This document shows, in pieces, positions 10,115-19,392 of a stretch of DNA of 32,000 bases. This DNA comes from Candidatus Omnitrophota bacterium (GTDB lineage: Bacteria > Omnitrophota > Gorgyraeia > Duberdicusellales > 4484-171), in contig JAIPHU010000001.1 in the NCBI GenBank assembly GCA_021735045.1, positions 30,001 through 62,000 of the forward strand, read 5' to 3'. The translations under genes were made by a program, and so were the position numbers. The notes beneath the pieces were generated by a model. The model did no database searches and was not told the DNA's origin. It saw nothing but the letters and a program-made list of their open reading frames with translations. Numbering within the stretch: the stretch's first letter is position 1; the number at the start of each line of letters is the position of its first letter.

Positions 10115-10156
10115 GAAGATAGAAGTTAGAGGTTAGAAATTAGATAGAAGATAATT
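10115..10156 (+). repeat. Tandem purine-rich heptamer array starting directly after the rpsG stop codon
   Basis: gaagata|gaagtta|gaggtta|gaaatta|gatagaa|gataatt: six consecutive 7-nt units, the first four fitting GARRTTA. Confidence 0.7.
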
Positions 10157-10194
10157 TTATTTTTGATATAAAAGTGAAGAATGCAAGTTTAGTT

Positions 10195-12261
10195 ATGGAT
10201 AAAGAAAAGAGTTTAGCTAAGATTCGCAATATTGGCTTTATAGCCCATATTGATGCAGGTAAAACTACGGTTACAGAAAGAATACTTTTTTATGCAGGTA
10301 GAACCTATAAGATTGGGGAAGTTCACGAAGGTACTGCTGTAACTGATTGGATGCATCAAGAAAAAGAAAGGGGTATTACTATAACTAGTGCCGCTACTTC
10401 TTGTGATTGGAAAAATCACCAGATTAATATTATTGATACTCCTGGCCATATTGATTTTACTGTTGAAGTCGAACGTTCTTTAAAAGTTTTAGATGGTGCA
10501 GTTGTTATTTTCTGCGGTGTTTCAGGAGTAGAGCCACAGTCAGAAACAGTTTGGCGTCAGGCAGAAAAATATGATGTTCCGCGAATTTGTTTTGTGAATA
10601 AGATGGATCGGGAAGGTGCTGATTTTTTTGCTGTAGTCTCTGAAATGAAGGAAAAATTTCAGATACCTATAGTTGCCTTGGAGTTACCGATTTATGATAA
10701 CGATGAATTTAGAGGGGTAGTTGATTTAATTGAAGAAAAAGCTTACTACTATGAAGGTAAATTAGGAGAAAAGATAAAAGAAGAAGAAATTCCAGAGAAA
10801 TTAAAAGAGATTGTTGCTAATAAAAAAGAATTAATAATTGAAAAGATTGCAGAATTAGATGATGCCTTTATGAGTAAAGTTATTGAAGGAGAAAAAATTA
10901 AAAAAGAAGAGATAGTTTCTGCGATTAGAAAGTATGTTATTGGGAATAAGTTAGTTGCTGTATTTTGTGGTTCAGCTCTAAAAAATAAAGGAGTCCAACA
11001 ACTCTTAGGTGCTGTTTGCAGCTATTTACCGTCACCAACTGAGGTAAAACCGGTTTTGGCTAAAGTTGTTTCAAGTGATCAGGAAAAAGAAATCAAGGCT
11101 AGCCCGGGTGGGCCATTTTGTGCGTTATGTTTTAAGATAGCAACAGATCCTTTTGTTGGTAAGTTGTTTTATGTGCGTATATATTCTGGTAGCATTGATT
11201 CAGCATCAACTATTTATAACGCAACTCAACAAAAAAAAGAAAAAATAAATAAAATTGTAAAGATGCACGCCAACAAACAAGAAATTATAAAAAACGCTAA
11301 AGCTGGTGATATTGTTTGCCTGGCTGGGCTAAAGAATACAATGACCGGAGACACTCTTACAGAAAAAAAAGATCCGGTTATGATCGAAAATATAAAATTC
11401 CCTGAGCCAGTAGTATCTTTGGCTATTGAGCCTAAGACTAAAGCTGATCAGGAGAAGCTATTTGGAGCTCTGATGAAGTTAGCTGACGAAGACCCTTCTT
11501 TTAAAGTTACCTACAACCGGGAAACTGGACAAAATGTTATATCGGGTATGGGGCAGCTTCATCTGGCAATTATGGTTGATAGACTATTAAGAGAATTTAA
11601 TGTTAAGGCAAAAGTAGGTAAACCGCAGGTTGCCTATAAAGAAACTGTAAGCAAAAAGGTTCAGGCGACTGGTAAGTTTATTCAGCAAAGAGGTGGACAG
11701 GGCCAATATGGGCATGTTGAAATTGTTATGACTCCATCTGGAGAAGGTACCGGGATTAGTTTTGAAAATAAAATTAAGTCAGGGGTAATTCCTAAAGAGT
11801 TTATATCTTCGGTAAAAGAGGGTGTGGTTGAAGCTTCTGAAAGTGGAATCTTAGGTGGGTATCCAGTAGTTGATCTAAAGGTTACTTTAATTGATGGTTC
11901 TTATCATGAGGTAGATTCTTCTGAATTGAGTTTTAAAATTGCCGGAGAGATAGCTTTTAAAGAAGGCCTGCGAAAAGCTAGATCGATACTACTTGAGCCA
12001 ATTATGGATTTAGAAATTATTACACCGGTAGAGTATCTTTCTCAAGTAATTGGTGACCTTAATTCAAGAAGAGCAAAAATACATTTAGTTAAAGAAAGAA
12101 AAAATTTACGGACAGTTAGTGTTGAGATTCCTTTAAGTGAATCTTTTAACTATGCAGATTCATTGAGGAACTTGACACAAGGCAGAGCCTCATATACAAT
12201 AGAGCCTTCATATTATCAGAAGGTTCCTGAGGAATTGCTTTCAAAGATTTTAGGCATATAA
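10195..12261 (+). CDS. fusA: Elongation factor G
   Basis: Contains G1 [14 protein letters not shown] and NKMD motifs plus EF-G domains IV/V. ATG 10195 gives the usual ~10 residues before RNIG. The track start at GTG 10174 is possible, and neither has a clear RBS. Confidence 0.93.
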   Translation: MDKEKSLAKIRNIGFIAHIDAGKTTVTERILFYAGRTYKIGEVHEGTAVTDWMHQEKERGITITSAATSCDWKNHQINIIDTPGHIDFTVEVERSLKVLDGAVVIFCGVSGVEPQSETVWRQAEKYDVPRICFVNKMDREGADFFAVVSEMKEKFQIPIVALELPIYDNDEFRGVVDLIEEKAYYYEGKLGEKIKEEEIPEKLKEIVANKKELIIEKIAELDDAFMSKVIEGEKIKKEEIVSAIRKYVIGNKLVAVFCGSALKNKGVQQLLGAVCSYLPSPTEVKPVLAKVVSSDQEKEIKASPGGPFCALCFKIATDPFVGKLFYVRIYSGSIDSASTIYNATQQKKEKINKIVKMHANKQEIIKNAKAGDIVCLAGLKNTMTGDTLTEKKDPVMIENIKFPEPVVSLAIEPKTKADQEKLFGALMKLADEDPSFKVTYNRETGQNVISGMGQLHLAIMVDRLLREFNVKAKVGKPQVAYKETVSKKVQATGKFIQQRGGQGQYGHVEIVMTPSGEGTGISFENKIKSGVIPKEFISSVKEGVVEASESGILGGYPVVDLKVTLIDGSYHEVDSSELSFKIAGEIAFKEGLRKARSILLEPIMDLEIITPVEYLSQVIGDLNSRRAKIHLVKERKNLRTVSVEIPLSESFNYADSLRNLTQGRASYTIEPSYYQKVPEELLSKILGI

Positions 12262-12289
12262 ATAGAATAGGCAATTGATAAGCAGGAAC

Positions 12290-12381
12290 AATCAACGAAT
12301 GTACGAATCAATTACGAATTTACAAATAATAAAATTCGTATATTCGTAGAGATTAGTAAATTCGATGATGGCAATTAATAA
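12290..12381 (+). repeat. Copy 2 of the duplicated intergenic element, fusA-tuf spacer
   Basis: aatcaacgaatgtacgaatcaattacgaatttacaaat ... attcgtatattcgtagagattagtaaa. Internal pairing includes tacgaattt (12313-21) with aaattcgta (12332-40), and tacgaat (12302-08) with attcgta (12342-48). Confidence 0.85.
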
Positions 12382-12408
12382 AATGATTTTTATAAAAGGA
12401 GGTGCTTT

Positions 12409-13614
12409 ATGGGAAAAGAGAAGTTTGTAAGATCAAAGCCCCATCTTAATATTGGGACTATTGGTCACGTAGACCACGGTAAGACCACCCTTACTGCAGC
12501 CATTACACAAGTTCTGGCGTTAAAAGGTGGGGGCCAAGCTTTGAAGTTTGAAGATATTGACAAGGCTCCTGAAGAGAAAGAACGTGGAGTAACTATTAAT
12601 ATTGCTCACGTTGAGTACGAAACAGAAAAAAGGCATTATGCACATATTGACTGTCCGGGTCACGCTGATTATATTAAAAATATGATTACCGGCGCTGCTC
12701 AAATGGATGGGGCAATACTTGTTGTTGCTGCAACAGATGGGCCTATGCCACAAACCAGAGAACACTTACTTCTGGCACGTCAGGTTAATGTTCCTGCGAT
12801 TGTAGTGTTTGTTAACAAGGTTGACCAGATGGATGATCCTGAGCTGGTTGAGTTAGTTGAAGAAGAAGTAAGAGACTTACTTACTAAGTATGAGTTTCCG
12901 GGTAAAGATATACCAATTGTAAAAGGTTCTGCGTTAAAAGCTTTAGAAGATGCTACTGCAGGAAATCCTGACAGTGAAAACTGCAAGCCAATAGTAGAAT
13001 TAATTCAAGCTTGTGATGATTATTTTCCGGAACCAAAACGTGATACCGACAAGCCTTTTCTTATGGCTATCGAAGATATATTTTCAATCTCAGGCCGCGG
13101 TACAGTTGCAACTGGAAGAGTTGAAAGAGGAATTGTTAAAACTGGTGAAGAGATTGAGTTAGTTGGGATTAAAGAAGAAACTAAAAAAACTGTAGTTACT
13201 GGAATTGAGATGTTTAGAAAAACTTTAGATGAAGCACAAGCTGGAGATAATGCTGGTTTACTTTTACGGGGGGTAGAAAAGGAACAGGCAGAAAGAGGCA
13301 TGGTTATTGCTAAGCCTGGAACCATTACACCGCATAAAAAGTTTAAGGCAAAAGTTTATGCTTTAAAGAAAGAAGAAGGTGGAAGACATACTCCATTTTT
13401 CTCAGGTTATAGACCACAATTTTATTTTAGAACTACAGATGTAACTGGTACTTGTAAGTTACCTGAAGGTGTTGAAATGGTTATGCCCGGTGATAATGTT
13501 GAAGTAGAAGTAACCTTGCTTCAACCGGTTGCTTGTGAAAAAGAGTTAAGGTTTGCTATCCGTGAAGGTGGAAGAACTGTAGGAGCTGGTTTAGTTACAG
13601 AAATAATCGAGTAA
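12409..13614 (+). CDS. tuf: Elongation factor Tu
   Basis: 401 aa with [18 protein letters not shown] and NKVD motifs, highly conserved throughout. RBS AAGGAGG. Confidence 0.99.
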   Translation: MGKEKFVRSKPHLNIGTIGHVDHGKTTLTAAITQVLALKGGGQALKFEDIDKAPEEKERGVTINIAHVEYETEKRHYAHIDCPGHADYIKNMITGAAQMDGAILVVAATDGPMPQTREHLLLARQVNVPAIVVFVNKVDQMDDPELVELVEEEVRDLLTKYEFPGKDIPIVKGSALKALEDATAGNPDSENCKPIVELIQACDDYFPEPKRDTDKPFLMAIEDIFSISGRGTVATGRVERGIVKTGEEIELVGIKEETKKTVVTGIEMFRKTLDEAQAGDNAGLLLRGVEKEQAERGMVIAKPGTITPHKKFKAKVYALKKEEGGRHTPFFSGYRPQFYFRTTDVTGTCKLPEGVEMVMPGDNVEVEVTLLQPVACEKELRFAIREGGRTVGAGLVTEIIE

Positions 13615-13616
13615 GG

Positions 13617-13934
13617 ATGAAGTCACCACTTAAAATTAGAATTAAACTGAAAGCTTTTGATCATAGGCTGCTTGATAATTCTGCTAAGGAGATAACAGAA
13701 GTAGCTATCCGTACTGGTGCTAAAATTAACGGACCTATACCTATTCCTACTCGGAAAAAGGTTTATACGGTAAACAGAGCTACTAATGTTAACAAAAAAT
13801 CACGAGAGCAGTTTATGATTGCGGTACATAAACGGATAATAGACCTAGACAGCCCTACGGCAAAGACAATAGATGCATTAAGAAGGTTGAACTTACCAGC
13901 CGGAGTAAATGCAGAGATAAAGCAGGAAGTGTAA
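13617..13934 (+). CDS. rpsJ: 30S ribosomal protein S10
   Basis: 105 aa ([14 protein letters not shown]..., GPIPIPT) typical of S10. It starts 2 nt after the tuf stop. Confidence 0.97.
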   Translation: MKSPLKIRIKLKAFDHRLLDNSAKEITEVAIRTGAKINGPIPIPTRKKVYTVNRATNVNKKSREQFMIAVHKRIIDLDSPTAKTIDALRRLNLPAGVNAEIKQEV

Positions 13935-13939
13935 TAACA

Positions 13940-14015
13940 CAGCCCCAAACCAGAGTCGCCTTTGGCGACACGATTTAGGGCTGCCGTGAACCGTATTTAT
14001 TCTGGTTTATGGCAG
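13940..14015 (+). promoter_or_regulatory. GC-rich multi-stem RNA-like segment in the rpsJ-rplC spacer
   Basis: Complementary pairs: cagccc (13940-45)/gggctg (13978-83), gtcgcc (13955-60)/ggcgac (13964-69), aaccaga (13948-54)/tctggtt (14001-07) and ctgcc (13981-85)/ggcag (14011-15). The pairings partly exclude each other or form a pseudoknot. Confidence 0.5.
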
Positions 14016-14018
14016 ATG

Positions 14019-14096
14019 CACACAGATAAAATTACCGATAAACACAGATAAAATATCTGTGTGAATCTACTATAGATCTGTGTTTATCTGCGTGTA
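14019..14096 (+). repeat. CACAGAT / ATCTGTG word palindrome in the rpsJ-rplC spacer
   Basis: cacagat occurs at 14021 and 14043, atctgtg at 14055 and 14076, and atctgcg at 14086. A perfect 9-bp hairpin is acacagata-aaa-tatctgtgt (14042-14062). Outer arms are gcacacagataaa / tttatctgcgtgt. Confidence 0.75.
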
Positions 14097-14112
14097 GGTT
14101 TTAGGAAAAAAA

Positions 14113-14961
14113 ATGATTAAAGAAATTTTTGGAAAAAAAATTGGAATGACTCAAATATTTAGCCCCGAGGGTGAGCTTTTGCCTGTCACCTTGGTTGAGA
14201 TTGAGCCAGCTTGTATTTTAGAAAAAGTAAGCTACCCCAATAAAGAAAGGGCTAAAATTGGTTGTTTTAAGATCAAGGACACAAAAATTCCAAAAGTGAA
14301 AAAGCCTCAAAAAGGTTATTTTGAAAAAATTGGGGTACCTCCTTATAAACTTGTTAGGGAAGTGGAAATAGAAGAAAAACCTAAAAGCACTGAAGCTAAA
14401 GCAGAGAAGAAAGAGGTTCATCAACCTGAAAACAGTAACGGCGAAGAAAAAAAAGGCCAGAGCCAAAAAGAAAGCTTACAAGAAAATAAAGATGATTCTA
14501 GAAAAGAGCAAGATACAACGGTAAAAAAAGAGCCGGGGGAAGGAGAGGCAAAAGAAGTTAAAAAAGAAGAAAAAAGTCCAGATAAAGGCCAAGCAGAAAA
14601 TGATAAGAAAGTTTCATCTCGTTATGTGGGAATTGAAATTTTTAGCCAAGGCCAACTAGTAACTGTGCGGTCAAAAACTAAAGGTAAAGGATTTGCTGGT
14701 GCAATCAAACGTCATAATATGCAAAGACAGCCTAGTTCGCATGGTTCTGGAATGCATCGCAGAGTAGGTTCTGTAGGTGCTTCTGCCACTCCTTCGAAAA
14801 TTGCAAAAAATAAGAAGATGCCAGGTCATCTTGGTTCAAACTATAGAGTTACTAAAAATTTAAAAATTTTAAAAGTAGATAAAGAAAGAAAAGTTATTTT
14901 TGTAAGAGGAAGTATTGGCGGCAGCAATGGTGCTGTTGTTAGAGTAACTAAACAAAATTAA
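14113..14961 (+). CDS. rplC: 50S ribosomal protein L3 with a ~80-aa internal Lys/Glu-rich insertion
   Basis: The N-terminus GKKIGMTQIF and the KGKGFAGAIKRHN...HG block are typical of L3. Residues ~87-168 (nt ~14371-14616) are K/E/Q/S low complexity with no counterpart in the ~210-aa L3 proteins I know. Confidence 0.93.
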   Translation: MIKEIFGKKIGMTQIFSPEGELLPVTLVEIEPACILEKVSYPNKERAKIGCFKIKDTKIPKVKKPQKGYFEKIGVPPYKLVREVEIEEKPKSTEAKAEKKEVHQPENSNGEEKKGQSQKESLQENKDDSRKEQDTTVKKEPGEGEAKEVKKEEKSPDKGQAENDKKVSSRYVGIEIFSQGQLVTVRSKTKGKGFAGAIKRHNMQRQPSSHGSGMHRRVGSVGASATPSKIAKNKKMPGHLGSNYRVTKNLKILKVDKERKVIFVRGSIGGSNGAVVRVTKQN

Positions 14962-14969
14962 TAAATGCC

Positions 14970-15647
14970 ATGGAAGCAAAAAAAACAAAAAAAAGTAAAA
15001 CCGATTTAGCTGATTTAACCCTAAAGGTTATAGATACAACGGGTAAATCCAAAGATAACATTTCTTTAGATAAGACTGTGTTTGATGGTAAAGTTTCCTT
15101 GGCTTTGTTGCAACAGGCAGTTAACACTTATTTATCTAATAAAAGAAGAGGGTTGGCTGTTGCTAAAACAAAAGGTGAAAAGAGAGGCGGTGGCAAAAAA
15201 CCGTGGCGGCAAAAAGGTACAGGTAGAGCTAGAGTAGGTTCTATTCGGTCTCCTCTCTGGAAGGGAGGGGGAGTTACATTTGGGCCAAGACGCAGGTCTT
15301 ACTATAAGAAATTTCCGGCTCGGATGAAAGCCCAAGCGCTAAAAAGTGCCCTTAATGCGAAGTTAAAAGATAAACAAATAGTTGTAGTTGATAAGCTAAA
15401 CTTGGAGTCTTCTAAAACAAAAGAGTTTAATCAAATAGTTTCTAATTTGGGTATTAATAATAAAAAAACTTGTTTTATCATAGCTAACTTTGATCAAAAT
15501 CTAAAGAAAGCTTCAGCTAATATTAAAAAAGTTATATTAGGCAAAGCAAGTGATATAAGCGCTTTAGGTGTTTTAGACTGTAAAAGTTTAGTTATAACAA
15601 AGGATTCTTTAGATATCATCCAAAAGAGGTTAAAGAAATGGCTCTAA
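14970..15647 (+). CDS. rplD: 50S ribosomal protein L4
   Basis: GGGKKPWRQKGTGRARVGSIRSPLWKGGGVTFGP is the L4 signature. Conserved position. Confidence 0.96.
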   Translation: MEAKKTKKSKTDLADLTLKVIDTTGKSKDNISLDKTVFDGKVSLALLQQAVNTYLSNKRRGLAVAKTKGEKRGGGKKPWRQKGTGRARVGSIRSPLWKGGGVTFGPRRRSYYKKFPARMKAQALKSALNAKLKDKQIVVVDKLNLESSKTKEFNQIVSNLGINNKKTCFIIANFDQNLKKASANIKKVILGKASDISALGVLDCKSLVITKDSLDIIQKRLKKWL

Positions 15648-15925
15648 GTTCACTATATTCTGTAGTTAAGATGCCGCTGGTTACTGAAAAGTCTAATCGG
15701 GATATTGCTTTAGGTAAATACAGTTTTAATGTAGATAAGAGCGCTAATAAAATTCAAATACGCAAAGCTATAGAAAAAATTTATAAAGTAAAAGTTAAAA
15801 AAGTTTCAACTGAAATCGTCAAAGGAAAACCAAAAAAGATAAGATGGGACCAGCCAGGTAAAACATCAGCTTGGAAAAAAGCGGTTGTAACCTTAAAGAA
15901 AGGATACGAAATAAAAATAAGTTAA
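15638..15925 (+). CDS. rplW: 50S ribosomal protein L23
   Basis: 95 aa with PLVTEKS... and KKAVVTL motifs. Overlaps the rplD end by 10 nt. Confidence 0.95.
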   Translation: MALSSLYSVVKMPLVTEKSNRDIALGKYSFNVDKSANKIQIRKAIEKIYKVKVKKVSTEIVKGKPKKIRWDQPGKTSAWKKAVVTLKKGYEIKIS

Positions 15926-15934
15926 GGAAAAATT

Positions 15935-16789
15935 ATGGGAATTAAAAAATACAAACCAACATCACCAGGGCTAAGAACAAGAAAAACTTCTGATTTTTCA
16001 GAAGTTACAAAAAATAAACCGGAAAAGACACTGACTAAATCTTTACGGCGTAGCGGAGGAAGAAATAACCAAGGTAAAATTACTATGCGTAGAAGAGGCG
16101 GTGGATCTAAGCGTAAATATAGGGTTGTTGATTTTAAACGAGATAAGTTTGACAAAGAGGCTGAAGTTTTAGCTATAGAATATGATCCTAATCGGAATGC
16201 TCGTCTAGCTTTAGTTAAATATCCAGATGAAGAAAAAAGATATATTATTTGGCCAGCTAAACTAAAGGTTAAAGATAAAATAATAAGTGCTTCAGAATCA
16301 AGAACTAGTATAAAACCAGGTAATAGTATGAAGTTAAAATATGTTCCTATGGGCACACTAATTCATAATATCGAGCTTAATCCAGGCCGAGGTGCAGTGT
16401 TGGTTAGAAGTGCCGGAAGTTGGGCTCAACTTATGGCCAAAGAAAAGGGTATGGCTCAAATCAGGCTTGCTTCCGGTGAAGTTCGGCTGGTAAAAGAGCA
16501 GTGCAGGGCTACCGTTGGCCAAGTTGGTTTAGGCGAGTATTCTTCATTTAGTAAGGGTAAGGCTGGAAAAAATCGTTGGGCAGGGAAAAGGCCTAAGGTA
16601 AGAGGTGTGGCGATGAATCCTGTAGATCATCCACACGGTGGCGGTGAAGGAAAAGCTGGGCAAGGCAATCCCCATCCAGTCAGTCCTTGGGGGCAGCCTG
16701 CTAAAGGTGGTAAGACACGGAGAAAAAAACGGAGTGACAAATATATTATTAAAAAAAGAACTAAAGGCGGGAGAAGATCTAGAAAATGA
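15935..16789 (+). CDS. rplB: 50S ribosomal protein L2
   Basis: 284 aa with [17 protein letters not shown] and [11 protein letters not shown] motifs. Confidence 0.98.
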   Translation: MGIKKYKPTSPGLRTRKTSDFSEVTKNKPEKTLTKSLRRSGGRNNQGKITMRRRGGGSKRKYRVVDFKRDKFDKEAEVLAIEYDPNRNARLALVKYPDEEKRYIIWPAKLKVKDKIISASESRTSIKPGNSMKLKYVPMGTLIHNIELNPGRGAVLVRSAGSWAQLMAKEKGMAQIRLASGEVRLVKEQCRATVGQVGLGEYSSFSKGKAGKNRWAGKRPKVRGVAMNPVDHPHGGGEGKAGQGNPHPVSPWGQPAKGGKTRRKKRSDKYIIKKRTKGGRRSRK

Positions 16790-17073
16790 GTCGTTCATTA
16801 AAAAAAGGCCCATATGTTTTAGCGAAGTTGCTAAAAAAAGTAGAACGTGCTAAAAGTTCAGGAGATAGAAAAGCGATTAAGACTTGGTCGCGTGGTTCAA
16901 TGGTTATTCCTGAATTTGTTGGCTTGACTTTTGCTGTACATGATGGTAAAAAACATGTTCCTGTTTTTGTTACAGAAAGTATGGTAGGACATCGTTTAGG
17001 AGAATTTGTACCAACTAGAAAATTTAAAGAACATGGCGGAATAAAAGCTAAGAAATCAATTCTAAAAAAATAA
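16786..17073 (+). CDS. rpsS: 30S ribosomal protein S19
   Basis: [10 protein letters not shown]... and [10 protein letters not shown] are typical. ATGA overlap with the rplB stop. Confidence 0.97.
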   Translation: MSRSLKKGPYVLAKLLKKVERAKSSGDRKAIKTWSRGSMVIPEFVGLTFAVHDGKKHVPVFVTESMVGHRLGEFVPTRKFKEHGGIKAKKSILKK

Positions 17074-17081
17074 AATTTATT

Positions 17082-17450
17082 ATGATAACTAAATCAGAAG
17101 CAAAATATATTAGAATTTCTCCGACTAAAGTAAGGCCGGTAATAAAACTGGTTAAAGGTAGTAATGCAAAAGAAGCTGTGGAAAAGTTGGAATTTGTCAA
17201 AAAGAAGGCTGCAAAATATTTGCAGAAATTAATTAAAACAGCTATAGCAGATGCCAAGAATAAAGGTTATGATCAAGATTCGTTATTTATCTCTAGGCTT
17301 GTGGCTAATCAAGGACCGGCTTTAAAACGATATAGAGCTGAATCATTTGGAAGGGCCGCAGTTATTAGAAGAAGAATGAGTCATTTGATAGTAGAGTTAG
17401 ATTCCAATAAAAAAATAATGCAGGAGATAAAAAAGACAGGAAATAATTAG
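17082..17450 (+). CDS. rplV: 50S ribosomal protein L22
   Basis: 122 aa. RISPTKVRPV... and the RAESFGRAAVIRRRMSHL region are L22-like. Conserved order. Confidence 0.95.
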   Translation: MITKSEAKYIRISPTKVRPVIKLVKGSNAKEAVEKLEFVKKKAAKYLQKLIKTAIADAKNKGYDQDSLFISRLVANQGPALKRYRAESFGRAAVIRRRMSHLIVELDSNKKIMQEIKKTGNN

Positions 17451-17489
17451 GATTTAGAATTTAAACGTAATTTAAAAGGAAGTAAAGAA

Positions 17490-18164
17490 ATGGGACAAAA
17501 AGTTCACCCTTATGTTTTAAGAATTGGTTTTGGCAAGAGCTGGCTATCAAGATGGTTTTCTCCTAAAAAGGGTGAGTACGCTGATTTCTTGGAAGAAGAT
17601 TTAGCCATTCGCCAAAAGATTAAAAAAAGTTATAGTTTAGGTTCAATTGCAACTATTGATATTGAGAGGGTCTCTTCTGGGGGAATAAGAATAAAGGTAA
17701 GAACTTCCCGGCCGGGAGTAATAATTGGAAGACGTGGTCAAGATATTGAAAGAGTGAAGAAAGATCTATCAGAGATGACTGGTAAAGAAATAATCATTGA
17801 CGTTGAAGAGGTGTCCGATCAAGCTTTAGAAGGACAACTGGTGGCTGAGTTAATTGCTTTTCAGTTAATAAAAAGAGTAAAGTTTAGAAGAGCGATGAAA
17901 AAGGCTCTTCAGCAAGCACAGTCTTCTTTAGGAGAAGGAATAAAAGTTCAATGTTCAGGCCGTTTGGGGGGAGTTGAGTTAGCTCGGTCTGAAAGTTATA
18001 AATATGGTAAAATTCCCCTTCATACTTTTAGAACAGATATTGATTATGGTTTTGCAGTTGCTAAAACTACCTATGGTACTATTGGAGTAAAAGTATGGGT
18101 GTATAAAGGTCAAAAGCAGCTGGGAGATTATTTAGTTAAACCAGAAAAAGAGAAAAAGAGATAA
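17490..18164 (+). CDS. rpsC: 30S ribosomal protein S3
   Basis: [13 protein letters not shown]..., a KH domain and [12 protein letters not shown] motifs. Confidence 0.97.
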   Translation: MGQKVHPYVLRIGFGKSWLSRWFSPKKGEYADFLEEDLAIRQKIKKSYSLGSIATIDIERVSSGGIRIKVRTSRPGVIIGRRGQDIERVKKDLSEMTGKEIIIDVEEVSDQALEGQLVAELIAFQLIKRVKFRRAMKKALQQAQSSLGEGIKVQCSGRLGGVELARSESYKYGKIPLHTFRTDIDYGFAVAKTTYGTIGVKVWVYKGQKQLGDYLVKPEKEKKR

Positions 18165-18165
18165 T

Positions 18166-18576
18166 ATGCTTATTCCGAAAAGAGTAAAATACAGGAAAGC
18201 GCAAAGAGGAAAACGACGCGGGTTAGCTGTAGCTGGTTCAAGAGTTTCTTTTGGTGAGTATGGGATAAAAGCTCTTGAGTCTGGTTGGCTTAAAAACACC
18301 CAGATTGAAACAACTCGAGTAGTTCTTACGCGTCGTCTGCGTAGGGGCGGAAAACTTTGGATACGAGTTTTTCCCGATAAACCAATTACAAAAAAACCAG
18401 CTGAGTCTCGGCAAGGAAAAGGTAAAGGAGATGTTGAAAGCTGGGTCCGCGTAGTAAGAAGAGGCAATGTAATTTTTGAAATTGGAGGAGTACCTGAAGA
18501 TTATGCTAGAGAATCTTTTAGGTTAGTTGCATATAAATTACCCTTTAAGACTATGTTTGTTACCAGGAAAGGTTAA
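18166..18576 (+). CDS. rplP: 50S ribosomal protein L16
   Basis: [15 protein letters not shown]... and [11 protein letters not shown] motifs. Confidence 0.97.
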   Translation: MLIPKRVKYRKAQRGKRRGLAVAGSRVSFGEYGIKALESGWLKNTQIETTRVVLTRRLRRGGKLWIRVFPDKPITKKPAESRQGKGKGDVESWVRVVRRGNVIFEIGGVPEDYARESFRLVAYKLPFKTMFVTRKG

Positions 18577-18583
18577 GATAATT

Positions 18584-18793
18584 ATGGCGGATATAAATAA
18601 TTTACGATCACTTTCAGAAAAAGAGTTAAAGGAAAAGCTGCTCGATAACGAAAAAAAACTTATGGAGTTACAGTTTAAGAGAAGAAGTGGCCTAGATAAA
18701 CCGCATCAATTTAAAAATATAAAAAAAGAGATAGCTCAAATGCATACTTTAATGAATGAAAAAAGGAGACAAGGTGGCGAAAAAACTAGGTAA
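18584..18793 (+). CDS. rpmC: 50S ribosomal protein L29
   Basis: MADINNLRSLSEKELKEKLLDNEKKLMELQFK is typical of L29. ATG 18584 lies just after the rplP stop. The track start at 18527 runs inside rplP and is an artefact. Confidence 0.92.
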   Translation: MADINNLRSLSEKELKEKLLDNEKKLMELQFKRRSGLDKPHQFKNIKKEIAQMHTLMNEKRRQGGEKTR

Positions 18794-19019
18794 AATACTA
18801 GAGGGCGTTGTAATATCGGATAAAATGGACAAAACTGCTGTGGTTTTAGTCAAGAGAAGGCTGCCCCACAGTAGTTATAATAAACTGATTATGACTAAGA
18901 AAAAATATAAAGCTCATGATAAAGATAATAAAGTTAAAGTTGGCGATAAAGTAAAAATTATTGGCTGTCGGCCATTCTCTAAAGATAAAAGATTTAGGAT
19001 TTATGAGGTTCTAAAATGA
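18774..19019 (+). CDS. rpsQ: 30S ribosomal protein S17
   Basis: The LEGVVISDKMDKTAVVLV motif is present. I prefer GTG 18774, preceded by AAGGAG with good spacing. ATG 18756 is the alternative start. Either one overlaps the rpmC end. Confidence 0.88.
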   Translation: MAKKLGKILEGVVISDKMDKTAVVLVKRRLPHSSYNKLIMTKKKYKAHDKDNKVKVGDKVKIIGCRPFSKDKRFRIYEVLK

Positions 19020-19381
19020 TAACTTTAAGATCAAAGTTGGATGTAGCAGATAATAGTGGTGCGAGGAAAGTTTCTTTTATAGGAGTTTTAGGGCGTAAAG
19101 GGAAAAAACATGCGATAGTGGGAGATGTTATCACTGGAAGCGTGAAAGAAGCTATCCCTAATTCTCCGATAAAAAAAGGGGAAGTAGTTAGAGCTGTAGT
19201 GGTTAGGACTCATTTTCCGGTAAAAAGAAAAGATGGTTTGGTAGTTAAATTTGATCGTAATGCTTGTGTAGTTATTGATAAACAAAACAATCCTAGAGCT
19301 ACTCGTGTTTTTGGGCCAGTAGTAAGGGAGCTGCGGAGTAAATTTAGTAAGATTTTATCTTTAGCTCCGGAAGCAATATAA
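19016..19381 (+). CDS. rplN: 50S ribosomal protein L14
   Basis: LDVADNSGARK... is typical, 121 aa. ATGA overlap with the rpsQ stop. Confidence 0.97.
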   Translation: MITLRSKLDVADNSGARKVSFIGVLGRKGKKHAIVGDVITGSVKEAIPNSPIKKGEVVRAVVVRTHFPVKRKDGLVVKFDRNACVVIDKQNNPRATRVFGPVVRELRSKFSKILSLAPEAI

Positions 19382-19392
19382 AGGATAAAAAA

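Noticed and set aside
10174-10194. GTG 10174 as the fusA start
   Set aside because: It is not excluded, but ATG 10195 gives the canonical spacing before the [13 protein letters not shown] motif. Neither start has a clear RBS, so I kept it as an alternative only.
12262-12408. tRNA genes upstream of tuf, common in other bacteria
   Set aside because: No acceptor-stem or T-loop-like arrangement is present. The spacer is explained by the duplicated ACGAAT element.
16638-16853. 71-aa plus-strand ORF in an alternative frame over the rplB/rpsS junction
   Set aside because: It is fully embedded in two highly conserved genes, with no independent signal.
17451-17489. aatttaaa direct repeat (17458-65 and 17469-76) in the rplV-rpsC spacer
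   Set aside because: There are only two short A/T-only copies in AT-rich DNA, which is indistinguishable from chance.
18527-18583. Extended rpmC start, and likewise the extended starts of rpsN (20233), rpsD (25918) and leuC (29317)
   Set aside because: The extensions run through the preceding gene or through a hairpin, and they lack homology to the protein families. Internal ATGs with good RBSs match the conserved N-termini.
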